NCBI RefSeq assembly: GCF_036321535.1
Contig: NC_087438.1
Span: 9,178,001 to 9,242,000 of the forward strand
Direction: 5' to 3'
Length of the DNA stretch: 64,000 bases
Origin: Camelus dromedarius
Lineage: Eukaryota
Both the position numbers and the translations under genes were made by a program. Below, piece after piece: positions 13,152 through 25,719 of this stretch; position 1 is the first letter of the stretch, and each line of letters starts with the position of its first letter. A model generated the notes under the pieces. The model was not told the origin of the DNA, did no database searches, and worked only from the letters and a program-made list of their open reading frames with translations.

Positions 13152-14071
13152 TTTAACTATTGTTGCATAACAAATGACCCCAAATTCAATCTATTTACTA
13201 ATGGTTGCAACAAATTACAAAAATTTAACAGGCTAAAATGACTAGTTTATATTTCTCATAATTTTGCCACTAGTGTATTTTTTTAGTTACTGTGCAATTA
13301 CCAGAAACTTAGGAGCTTAAAACAGCAACCATTCATTATCAGAAAGTTCTTGTGAGTCAGGAGTCTGGTCATGAAATAATTGGTCTTGCATGACAGTGTC
13401 CATCTTCCAAGCCAGCAGAAGAAATCTCTCTCTGCTCAGCTACCACAGAAACTTATAAAATGCATAATCACAGGAGAGACTGTCTTATTACCTTTGTCTT
13501 ATAAAACATGGCATAATCAAGGGACTGAATATCCTATTATAGTCACAATTCTCGCCTACACTCAAGAGGAGTGGAATATTGAGGGTGTGTACTCAAGACT
13601 GGATGTACTTGGGAACCATTTTAGAATTCTATCTACAGCTGTCAGGAATTAGGGAAGAACTTGTCTGTGCATTTCCTACTTGTTTGGGTCCTTCGTGGGA
13701 TGAAGGCATATGTCAGCTCTTTGCAGTCATCTGAAGGTTAGGCTGGGCTGGATACCCAAGATGACTTTCTCAACATGGCAATATCATTGCTGGCCATCGT
13801 CTGGAAGATATCATAGAAGCACACAGGTTCTGAAGCATGGAGAGTTAGACTTCTGAAATGGCAATTGGAGGGGGTCATTCTGGATCAAGTATTCAAATAA
13901 ACATTGTTGAAGCAGCATGGTCCCCTCTGACTTGGCCTTGGAAAACTTTCTTTGTTATTTTCCTTATATGCTATTGGTTAAACCAGTTTCAAATCCAACC
14001 AGTTTGAGAGTAGGGGATCTTCAATGAGAGGAGTGTCAAATAACTTGCAGGCATGTTTTAAAATTAGACAC
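13152..14071 (-). mobile_element. MLT1G/H-like MaLR LTR interrupted by a second MaLR LTR
   Basis: MaLR terminal motifs ctattgttgcataacaaatgaccccaaa and gagtgtcaaataacttgcaggcatgttttaaaa; internal gggctggatacccaagatgact. Confidence 0.7.
13275..13637 (-). mobile_element. MLT1E-like MaLR LTR nested in the MLT1G/H-like LTR
   Basis: aattaccagaaacttaggagcttaaaacagcaacc at one end and cctacactcaagaggagtggaat...gggaaccattttagaattctatctaca at the other (MLT1E-type terminus). Confidence 0.7.
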
Positions 14072-14741
14072 TAGAGTATAAGAACAGTGAGTCAAGTTAC
14101 CAATCTGTATGAGGCTCTGTCTAAAAATTACAGTGATACCTACTTAATAGAACTCTTACAATAAGAAAACATGGCAAACGTAGATGTAAATAGGGTACAA
14201 TAATGCTAACTGGTTTTGTTCTGATTTTCCCAGTGCGTGTCATTTTATCCTTCACCTGCTGTTTCACTAAGGGTCTCACCCTGTTTCTGTATTAAGAGAG
14301 GGCATTCTTGATACTTTCTCTGAGGGACAATTTGTGTAAAGTGATAGTGTGTTCACTGATGAGAGAGTGAATTTTCAGATAATTCATCTGCTTGTGGGTT
14401 CACAGGCATTTTTCCTTAGTCAAATTAGATCAACCTATTTGCACAAAACATAATTGAATCCTCTGCAATCTTTAGAGGTAAAGTTTCTTATTTTCCTCAT
14501 TGCTACCTACAGCTGAAGCAGGAAGAGACTCCATCTTTATCATCTTCCGTACAATTTTAAAATTTTCTTTTCCAATATGACCTTATATAAAAAAACAATT
14601 CTGAACACCTTTTCAATAGTCATAATAAAGTCATTAAATAGAATAACTTTCAGTCGGACTTTTGTACAATTCATATATGTGGTTGAATACCTATAGTAGT
14701 TTCAAATTTGTATATTTACCTCTATTTCTAAGCAATTTTTT

Positions 14742-14877
14742 TCTTTTATATATATATTTTATTGAAGTATAGTCAGTTTACAATGTTGTGTCAATTTCTG
14801 GTGTACAGTATAATGCTTCAGTCATACATGAACATGCATATATTTGTTTTCATATCCTTTTTCACTGTAGGTTACAA
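14742..14877 (-). mobile_element. Young, severely 5'-truncated L1 3' end (camelid L1_Vpa-like)
   Basis: ttttattgaagtatagtcagtttacaatgttgtgtcaatttctggtgtacag...; TSD CAATTTTTT at 14733-14741 and 14878-14886 followed by AA (canonical TTTT/AA L1 endonuclease site). Confidence 0.85.
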
Positions 14878-16292
14878 CAATTTTTTAACTTAAATGTGTA
14901 CTTGCTAATGTTCCCTTTTCTGCTTTTTATTCTAATGGCTTGAACTACAGTCACTTAATTTAAATGCCTTAAATGAATGACTATTGATCAGTTAGTTAAG
15001 TTACCCTTTATCTTTTCTTTATTTAAAAGCCTACCTTTATTGTAACAAGTGAGAAACTTTTCCAATGAAGTAATTATGATGGCACTTAGAGAAATGCTGT
15101 AGCAAGTGAAATTAGTAATTAATGTATATACAACCAAAATGTTAATATAAATAGTTTTAAAGTTATAGTTCTGGACATTTATGACTAAAGTATATTAATA
15201 AAGCACTTCATATATAGTAATATAAAGTTAGGTTTCACTATTTTTGGTAGTCTATGAGAGGTTGGTATTTCAGTTTGAAATTTATATAAATTAGAATTCT
15301 TAACCTTTAAAACAATTGGCCTATTTTAACTTGTAAGTGAGCAAACATAAAAAAAATCGATACTTTTTACACATCAAGAAACATTTTAAAAATGTACAAT
15401 TTAATGCTTCATGCACAATGGATTCTGATACTGTGAGTAACTTGGATTTCATGTTGGGATTAATAATGCTGGGTTTTTTGTTCATTTCTTTACAGTTTTG
15501 TAGTTTCCTCTTGATGCTTTGCAGGTTCTACAAAACTGTGACTGACAGACTCCTGGGATGGGTCACCTGAGGAGATTCATTTAACCTTCCCACAGTTCTT
15601 GGGATATTTATTTTAAATGTTTTTCCCACAAGCACTTTATGTGTTCGAACAGACCCCTGGGCTCTAATAACTCAGAAAAGCTTACATTTGACTTTCAGCC
15701 AAACCTTTCTCCAAGCATATATTTTCCCCAAATGCCAAATTTGGAATCATCAATACACAAATTCATTGTAAAACTTCAATTCATTATTCAGAATGGAAAA
15801 TTGGAATACACCTAGTAATCTATCAAATTGACAAGAAAAGTTATAGTTATAATGTTTTCCTGGCATAGCCCAGCTTATTACTTATTATAAATCTCCTCCC
15901 GGTCCCCCTAATTATTTAAACTCTTTATTCTGAACACGGATACAATAATGAAACAAAACACATCACTCCTGTTTATTTTTAGGTAACTGTTGGGAAGATG
16001 AGAAACACTTATAAATAATATTCAACACTAATTGATAAAATGGCTTAATGGAAATGGGTCACAGCAAATTAAAAATATAACATATATCTCAAATATACCC
16101 ATGCATGTTTATCCCAACAATCAAGTGCCATATGTATGAAAGAACCTCTAACTCGGTTTAGAAAGTCACTTACACAGGTGTTGGTCTACAAGGTAGAGTC
16201 ATCATTTCTTAGGCTGACTGCAATAACTGTTGATTTCAGTGATGAAAAGTTGAAACTAAATTGCAGAAAAAATGCCCAGGATGCACCTTTAA

Positions 16293-16318
16293 ACACACAC
16301 ACACACACACACACACAC
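16293..16318. repeat. (AC)13 microsatellite
   Basis: Direct reading. Confidence 0.95.
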
Positions 16319-18996
16319 AACGTTATTGTCACTTCGTGTGTCACTCATGTTGCATCAGCTTTCTAATCTTGCTCCATATCTCTCCAAACTACATAACTTG
16401 CTTTCTTGTTCCATTGAATACCTTATTTCCTTATACACAAAAGCGTCAAAACCTCTTGAAATTTATTTGCCGTCATCATGGTCCCTCTATTTGGACCTAT
16501 GGATGGCGTATGTCAACTCAATCTATGAACATTTGGACACTAAGGAGATACATTCTCTAATTCTATTTGCTCTATTTCCAGTGTTTTTTTAAATCACAAC
16601 TTAAATTACTTTAGGACAGGTAGTGTCCCTGTTTAAAACCTACACTTTCTAGGACTGGCAAATAACAAGCTCAGTGCATAGCTAGGGATCTTCCCAGTGG
16701 GCTACTTGGGGTCTGAAGTCAAGATCCACTTTTGACTACTCACCATAGATCACTGGTAGACTAGAAATCCGTCTGCAAGCAACTTGGTATTTCTGTCCCT
16801 ATACAGTTCACAGATTTGAAATGAAAGATTAATTGAGATTTTTACATAGAAATCTAAGAATATTCATACTAAACATTACTGTCTTCAAGTTTGCAAAAGC
16901 TCCAGAAGAACTGTTTTTTTTTCAGATAATCTCCATAGATTTATTTAATGAAGCTTTCATTCTTAGTTACTTCAGTTATTGGAATCCTTAAACATGTGTT
17001 AAATTTGCATTTGTTACTATTTATTGTATTTTCAGAAAAATGATCAATGTTTTGAATATTAATTATAAGTAGATCATAGTTTAAGAGTTACATGGCCAGA
17101 TTTCATGTTAATATTTCTGACGTCAGGTTGTGTATATATTTAATTGGAAGTATTTTTTTCAGGTAGTGACAAATTTTACATTAAATGCCATTTCAAAGTC
17201 AATGAAATAAAATATTATTTATCATTAAATTTTACTGAATGTACTACAAAGATAAACAGGGTTAAAATATGATGAAATGCAAATTTGTAATCATTGGACA
17301 ACTGAACCTGCTACTGGAAAGATATTGATGAAGCAGAAAAATATGCAAATACTGTGCATATATAAAAAATGCATTTTTTTAGAAAAGTGACCCTAGGTCC
17401 TGTGATAAGTCTGAAATGATCGTAGGTCTTGTATAGGCAACCTCAATTTTGCATAACGCTCAAAGCTTCCCTCTCATTAATTTATTGAATTGTCGTAAGA
17501 TAAGAATTAAATTATAAGTTTTATTAGAAGCATTCAGCTTAGTAGCTAAAGAAGAGAAAGAGAAGAAAATTATGGGGCTATCATTCAAAGTTGCTCTCTC
17601 CTTTGTAAAAACTGGAAAAAGTCACAGTAGAGATGAAAAGTTATGACAGTTATTCTCAGACAAAAAGTAAAACCAAATTTGGGGGAAAATTCTTGTGTCT
17701 AATGACATGTATTGTTATTCTATGATATTAAAGTTATAAGGTAGAAAATATTATACCGTGTTCAAGAAAAAAAGTTGAGCTTGATGGAACCCTCAATATG
17801 CAATGCTTGGTGTGGTGGTGGGAAGTACCTGAGGAACAGTATTTCTCAAATATTCTCTTTACAGAGAAAATTGAGATACAGGATTTTGTGAACTGGGACG
17901 CAGAGAATACTCATTTATGTACTGAAACACCAGAGGTAAATATAGCAATAAAAGTCACTATGAGGAGAAAAAATGCATTTATGTCTACATGTCAAATCAC
18001 ACACTATTTTATGTACATTCAATAGCTAATCATCAATAATTTGGCCCTGATCTTGATTTATTTTTGAAAAATGTCAATCACAGTACTTGATTATATATTA
18101 TTTCAATGTGCCATAAAAATAAAGAAATAAAGACAGAGAAAGGGGACAATCAATGAACAACTGTTTTCCTCACTCTGAAGTCTACTACTTGTCAAAATTC
18201 ATACATGAGTTTTGAAATGATGGTTGAAATACTGTTTGCATTTTACTGAGTTTCTCAGTATCAGTAACTACCATTTATGTAATTTCAACTATATTCCAAA
18301 GGCATCAAATCTGGTATACATCAGAGTTACATATTAGTATCTTGAGGGATCTAATATACCAATTTAAGTCAGAGAAAACTTCAAGACAACTTAAGGACAA
18401 ATTGTGACCCACAAGGCTAGATTTCCAGGATTTCAATTCTTTCTAAAATTGCTGATCTCTTAAACATATCAGATCTTTTAAAATGATTAGAAATTATTGG
18501 CATAATTAAAGTTTCTTAAAATATTTAGTTGAATATTAATAATAACTTTATAGAATCAAATGCAGTCAAATTGTGCTAGAAATTCAGTCCTTGATTTTCT
18601 GTTTTCTCCCAATTTGAAGATGCGGTCCATATTTTGAAAGTTATTTGATTGTTTCCAGAGTATCCATTGGTATCTTTCAAGGGGTCTTTAGCAAGAAAAA
18701 TCTATGTGGTTCTTGGGTCCATGTTATGTTTATCTTTTTACTCAGGGCTCTGTAGTTTTCAGGTCTCTATATCCATTCTCCTTGGTGACTATGCTGTTCT
18801 TAGATTTCAAAGTTACGGCATCTTAATACCATTTAATTTTTACAAGAACAATTTGTAACTCATAGAAGGGGGACAGAGGTATTTACATTCAACTTAGAGG
18901 AGGTTATGCCAGGCACTTATGGCAAAAGCAAAGGGCTCTGGACGTTTGAAGGGAGTGATCATGTGTTATGGGATAAGAGGAGATCACTGTTGAGAG

Positions 18997-19170
18997 CAGA
19001 GGTCCTCAGATGTAATCTGTGAGCTAGCAGCATCGATATCATCTAGGGACTTCTAGAAAAATAAATTCTAGGTCCCATTTAGAACAACTGAACCAGAGCC
19101 CTGGTGGCAAGATCAGCAATCTGTTTTAACAGGCCCTCATGGTAATCCTGAGGCATGCCAAAGTCTGTCT
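18997..19170 (+). mobile_element. MER5A-like hAT-Charlie MITE
   Basis: cagaggtcctcaga...agcagcatcgatatcatctagggacttctagaaa...aaattctaggtcc...cagcaatctgttttaacaggccctc...ggtaatcctgaggcatgccaaagt. Confidence 0.75.
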
Positions 19171-20009
19171 GCATAAGTTTATCTATAAAGACAGTGGATA
19201 ATATTAAGAGAATGAGACTCTGAAGTCAAGATTTTTACCACCTATATATTAGGCCCACAGAAATGCATGGTTGATACAGAATAAGTGAAAAATTCTAGAA
19301 AATGAGGAGGTCGAGAAATAGATTGTCAGACAGATTATATGTGTGACTCATCAATTCACCAAAATCACCGTGAAAGTTCTACTGGAGAGAAACTCAGCAA
19401 GTCAGTAGCAAATATTTTCAATAAATCTGGAATAACTGGGACTAAAGGATGCTTCAATGGATCTAGTGTTTTTAGAAAATAAGACAGGAGTAATATTCTC
19501 AAGCAACAAAAATGAGCAATGGACACATCTATCCCACCTCCAGACATCATGTTACATTGGGTGGAATGAAAACTAAAAACAAAAGCAAAAAACAACAAAA
19601 AAAAAAACCCCAGCTCTGAATGGACAAGTCAGTGGGAGAGAAGTGACTGAACGTAGTAGACATTCCATCTCTGTGAAATATATAGTTGTTTTTTTTTTCC
19701 TTTAGGGAAGTTTTTATTTTAGAAAATAAAATATTTGCCACCTGGAGGAAAGCATGTCCAGGAATCAAAATAGGAACTTTTCATGAAGTTGCTGTACATA
19801 GAAAGAAGGAAACAAAAAAAACCCAAAGCATGAATTAAAATATTTACTAATTACACGTTGCCGTAGATCAGCCTATTACTTCATAGAGAGCTTCACTCAG
19901 TTTTCACATAATCAGAGATTCCTTTTTTGACTGATATCTAACAAATATGTTTTACAACCCTGTCAATCTCTTATTTTCTCGATCACTTATCATCCAGATT
20001 TATTTTGTA

Positions 20010-20195
20010 CTCATACCATTTGCAGGTACCCTGCATGACAATACACATTTATTTATTTGTTTGTACTGTCAACTCAAACATGGAATGTTTTATGCGGTTT
20101 TGGACTTTGTCTTTTTGTTCACTATCATTAATTCTGAGAATAGTTTCTGCTACATGCTTAGCCCTTGGTTATTTTTGTTGGATTAATGAATGAAC
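20010..20195 (+). mobile_element. L2 3' terminal fragment
   Basis: gggactttgtc-like ttggactttgtctttttgttcact...tagtttctgctacatg...tttgttggattaatgaatgaa tail. Confidence 0.6.
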
Positions 20196-21599
20196 ACATT
20201 AATGACTGGTGTTGCTGCTGGAGTGATACGTCTTTCGTTAGATAGCAGGGCATATTTACTTTCACATCGGAAGCCACTGGAGCTGGCAATTATATCTAAG
20301 TTCTATCCACTGCAGTATTTTAAAACATTCTCTGGGGAAATGCTATGCCACTCTCATTAGATCATCAAAGAGATGTGTGAGGAGAAGAAAAGAACCATTG
20401 TTTAGGGAAAATAAATTTAGAAACAGAGCAATGTCCTTAAAATCATGTTTATACATATATATACACATATCATATATACATATATAAACCATAAAGGTAA
20501 ACATATATATACATGCATAGAATATTGTTAAAGGTGGTTACCTCAGATGATGAGATATCATTTGGTTTTTATGTTTAATAAATCATAAAATAGTACCGTG
20601 TATAAATGATACAATTTTACATGTTTTACTGTCATGTTTATTACCATGGCTTGCTTTTTTACTCAGCAATATGACAGAGACATAATTCCATGCATGACAA
20701 TAAATATGGACTAAGTTTATCCTATTCAACGGCTCCATATTACAATGCTTGTTTCTATCATAATACCGTTAACTAATATTAAGTGCTAGATGCCTAACTT
20801 GTTTCCAAAACCATACAATAAACAATGCAAAAGTCTATACAGTTGAATGATTTTCTATTTGTGATAAATTCTGTCATGATCAAAAGCCTCCAAAATAGTG
20901 TACAAAATTTCATTTTCTGCCCTTTTTACATCACCACAATTTCTGAGTTTATTATTTTAATAACTTTTACTATGAGAAATAAAGCAGAGCCGAAATGAAG
21001 ATTTGGAGATGTTCAGACTTGTGTGAGGTTTAATGGGAATTCAGTCATAGCTGCTGTTCCAAACAACCCTGAAATACAAGAGCCATAGAACACAGAATCC
21101 ACTGAATGCGATATTTGGCTGATGACAGTAGATCAAGGTCAGTCACTGCGATGAAAGCTATTTTATGCAAAGAAGATAAAAATGTAAATACATTTGACAT
21201 CTGTATTAATGCTACTGACTTGATAAGTGTCTCGGGAAAATTTATTTTCCTCACTGCTAAATCAGAGTTGATCACTTAGCTGAGGCTCACGGTGAAGATA
21301 ACATAAGAAAACAAATACCAACTGCAGATTCTGCAAAGTAAACAGATATTCAATGGATTTTCACTCTTATGCCCACTGCACTCCCACTTTTGTAATAAAA
21401 AGAAAACTATAATCATTTTGGGTCAGATAATCTGTTTTTTAGGATAAAATAATAATTGGAGCATAATACAAAGATGTTTAGATTATTAGTCTTGGCAGAA
21501 TTAGAACTAATTTTTTTTAATTAAAAAAAAAATAACGAAGTTAAATCAGTCACTTCCTAAGTTAAGCTCACTTTGAGAATGAGTCTTCAGAGTTTGACC

Positions 21600-21945
21600 A
21601 TTGCTAATATCTCCAGGGTGTTATAACTTAGGGTATGTGGCTAACTTTATTTATTCATGCTGTCCTTTGCTGGAACTATCAGCCACATTGCCAGGTTCAT
21701 TCTAAGATAAGTTCACCTGAAGACTGCAGGGTGGCCACCTGTCGTAATCAAGGAACACAACTTAAGGCAAGCCATGACAGCCTGACCTCCCAAATGCCTT
21801 TCCTTGTAAGAAAGACTTTCCCCAACATGCCAAGCAAACATTGTCTGTCGATGGCTAGGTCTGTGGTATATGCCTATTCATGACCAAATTCCTAGCAAAA
21901 TGGTTTTGTCATTAGAACAGTCGTAACCCTTCCTGAGACATGAAG
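21600..21945 (-). mobile_element. Old MaLR LTR (MLT1K/L-like) fragment
   Basis: ctttccccaacatgccaagcaaac...gatggctaggtctgtggtatatgcctattcatgaccaaattcctagcaa resembles old MLT1 LTRs. Confidence 0.5.
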
Positions 21946-22494
21946 TTTCCCTTATTGTCCTAAACTCCTTGAAAGTCCTCCAAACACATACCAATAATGA
22001 GTTGGCTCATTGCTTTATTTCCATGAAATCAGAATTTAACATCTGAGAAAAAGACCCCAGATGCTGGTTTTAAAATGCAGTTTAAGCAGAGCAGCACCCT
22101 AATTCCAGAGTGCAGATCTGAAAAGAGAACCATCTTTTCGGCATACACTTCCATGGCAGGGCTGCAGGGAATGAATAGTGCTTTTATTGTCTCTGTGAAC
22201 CATTTAAGTTTTTCCTGTAGCTGAAGGAATATGCTGTTATTAAACTGTTCTCTCTGCATCAGTTTTATTAAACTAAAACTATATAAAATTATAAGGGAAA
22301 ATGATAATGGGGTAAAAAATAAACAGATGGTATCACTGAGTGCAGCAGATATTTCAAAGTGTTGCTAGATACATGGGCAATAAAATCTATGATCACCTGA
22401 GTTAATTTTGCATGTTAATTGTCAGTGAAATAAATATTATTTGATCCATTCCTGGGAAATAATCAAAAAGTATTTCCTAAGATTTGTGCTGCGA

Positions 22495-22531
22495 AACACA
22501 AACACACACATACACACACACACACACACAC
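22495..22531. repeat. Imperfect (CA)n microsatellite
   Basis: Direct reading. Confidence 0.9.
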
Positions 22532-25500
22532 TCAACTACAATTGAATTTGTTTTATTTCTTTCATAAACCTAAGATAAGAATGATGTATTTGGTCATAAC
22601 TTTACTTCAGAGAAAATTTGCTAAAGTGAAATGAATGTCAGTCATGCGATTTATATGATTCCTGATCACACGTGTGCATGTGAAACACAAAACTTTAGGG
22701 CAGGCCATGATTTTACACGGGAATTCCACAGCATATACTAGTTGGTATCTTAAGAATCCTTTAAAGTCTTCTTATAAATATTAACTTATTGTTCAGTGAC
22801 TAATATATCTAGAAAAAAGCTAGACATTTTTATCTTCAAATTATTGTGAGAAACATCAATTTTAATTTAAGAATGGATTTAGGGAAACGATGCAGTGTTA
22901 GAGACATTTTAAATTGAAAATAAAGAGCAACAAAGAGAAACAAAATACATTTTTAAATGTCAAAAACAGATTGTGAATAAGTTAGAACTGGTAAAACAAC
23001 TGTTTTATTTTCCAGTATTTTAATAGGACTTTTAATGGGTTTTGATCCATTGAATTTCTTCTCATCTCTAGTGGAGGTTTTTGTTTTGTTTTTGTTTTCA
23101 CTTTGCCGGAATTCATGGACTCAGAAAGAGAGCAAATGGAAACCTTTCTTGTATCTCATTATTTCATTATTTTCACCCAAATCCTGAGGAGTGCAGTAGA
23201 GCATGGTGGAAGGGAAAGGGTGGTGGCCATGCCCACCCAACCATATTTGCTTCCTATGACTTGACACCATGCCAGGGTGTTCTAACAGATGAAGAATGCT
23301 GGCCCAACTCTAAGTCCCAGGACTCTCTGCTACAATGCCTATCAGTGAACATCTTAGATGCCATAGGACCAGCTCTCCTGCTATTTTAGAACTTCACAAA
23401 GATTGTGTTTCCAGTTGGTGGAAAAGTTAAACGAGAGAATAAAGTTGTGATTTCAGTGAAGTGTGGAGGGCCCCACAGCTTGCCGACCCCTCATCTGGGA
23501 ATAACACATTTATATATAGTTCAATTACTTGCTATAATTACAACCAAGTATTAGTTGAAAATACCTCAAACTGTAACATATAGAGGCAGTGAAATATATG
23601 GTCCAACCACAGACCAGAGTTTTAGTCAGAAATCTGAAGTCCAGGAGCAATAGAATCAAGTTGAAATGTTAGGAATTTTGCACTATAGTTCAAAGGTTGT
23701 CTACATAGAGAAACAGAGGACCATTTAACATTCTTCCCTTGCTTTGTATAGTTTCTTCTTGTGAGGAGGGAGAAGAGTGACTACATAAAAATTCCTATAT
23801 TAATAATGTTGTCCCAAACATATGAATGAAGACTTAACACATTTAAATGTTTTACCCTGATACATATTATGGATATTTGAGTTTCAACATGGAGCAGTGA
23901 TAGTCAAATGGCAATATAATGTCTCAAAGAGGTAAATAACGGTGCAATGATCTTTCTTTCAACTATCTTCTCTCACATTAGCCAGAAAAATGCAGTTTCT
24001 ATGAATCATAGGAAGGAAAAAAATAGATAAGAAAATGAGTAAAATTTGCATTTTAGGTAAAAAATTTCTGTGTTGCCTATTTATTGGATATTAGGGTTGA
24101 AACATTATTAATTTTTATCCCTACAGCTCAGTAAGGGTAATTAAAGTCATAAGAATACACATAAAATATTCACTTGAATAACATATTAAGTCGTAAGTTC
24201 ATTGTTCCAAAGCAGAAGACTTAAAATGTAGTTTTTACACACATATTGAGGCCTGACCAATGAACCAAATCAAAGAGCTAATGAGCTGAGTAATCTTAAG
24301 AGGGATTAATTAGGTTGGTAATTATACATTATGAATTGAGAAATTAAAAAGCAATAAATTATTTTGGTAGCAGATAATAGCGGTTGACAACTTGTCATAA
24401 ATTCTCATAGTATTTATGATAATAACATTAATCATGCACAGCTGTTCTGCTTTTTGGGTAGTTATAAGAGAGGTTCCATAGAATTTTACTCAAAAACAAT
24501 ATGTTCTGTTCTCAAGAGGGGAGCTGAATGTGTAATACTAAGAAATATAAGATTAGCTTTTCATCTGCTTATAAATTAGTTTCAAAAAGAGGAGACATTT
24601 TTCTAGGTGATGCCTTAAATAAATCTCTGAGAAACTGCAATACTAATGTGAGTAGTACAGAACTCAATTTACCTTATTATTTAGCAATACATATCAGTTT
24701 TATTAGCAGAGAAGATCACAGTGTGAACTGTGAATTCCAGTGTTGTCCAACTCTGAGAAACAATATAACGTTCACTTTAACCAAAAGAATTACACAATTG
24801 CGTTGTAAGGTTAATTATATATTTGGATTAGGCAGTTCTTTCCCCCTATTTAATATTTCCGCCTTAGCACACAGGCAGCCACTCACTCCCCAAATACTGG
24901 ATTATTGGGGGGCACACGTCTAGTGCTTCTTTCTCTTATGCTCAGTCTTTGTTTCCCCCTTAAATTATGCTCTTTAAATGGGTGGATAAAATTCACGCCC
25001 CTACAGCCTCTGCTTACACTATGTTACGCACCATATTTTCACACTGAGCTAGATTATAACGTTGATTGGGGAGATTTCTAACTTTGGATACTGTCTGAAG
25101 AATTTTCAATTACTTGCTTGCTTCTTAAAATTCAGATAAAACTTATTTGTGAAATCCTCTCATACAGGTGCATTTTAGAATGCTAATTTTTTTTTTTTTT
25201 TTTTGCCAAATGATATGTAGTACAGAGGATTCACTGCAGTGATTTATATTTTACAAAAAAAAATTTCCCGTTATCTCCAAGTTCCAACATGTCATAGGAT
25301 TAGATAATAATTGTTAGTGGTAATATGTGTGTTTGTGGTAAATCTCTTTCAACATTGTTAATTTTGCACATTTTTGCACTCTCTCTTACACCAGACAAAT
25401 CAGTAATTTATCTAATAAATAATTGGAATTTTTAAAGAAACGGGTTATTATTTGTCCATTCTACTATGCTTTGTGTGGCTCATTAACTTCACTATTTACC

Positions 25501-25719
25501 TTTATTAGTTTCTTTTGGTTTACACTGTTGTGCTTTTTTCTAATTTCCTAATACAAGTACTTTTTTTTTTAGTTCTCATAACTAGCCATTTCTTATACAA
25601 TAAAATAAGATTGGCATACTTGAATTGTTAAGTTTATTTTTCTGAAATCTTATATTAAAATTGGGAATTGCATTAAATGAACTATGTGGCTCCTTTAAAA
25701 AAGGAAATAATTTTTAAAA

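Noticed and set aside
17268..17305. C box (ATGATGA) and D box (CTGA) suggesting a C/D snoRNA
   Set aside because: Spacing too short and no terminal stem.
24528..24923. 131-aa ORF
   Set aside because: No recognisable homology; composition typical of AT-rich non-coding DNA.
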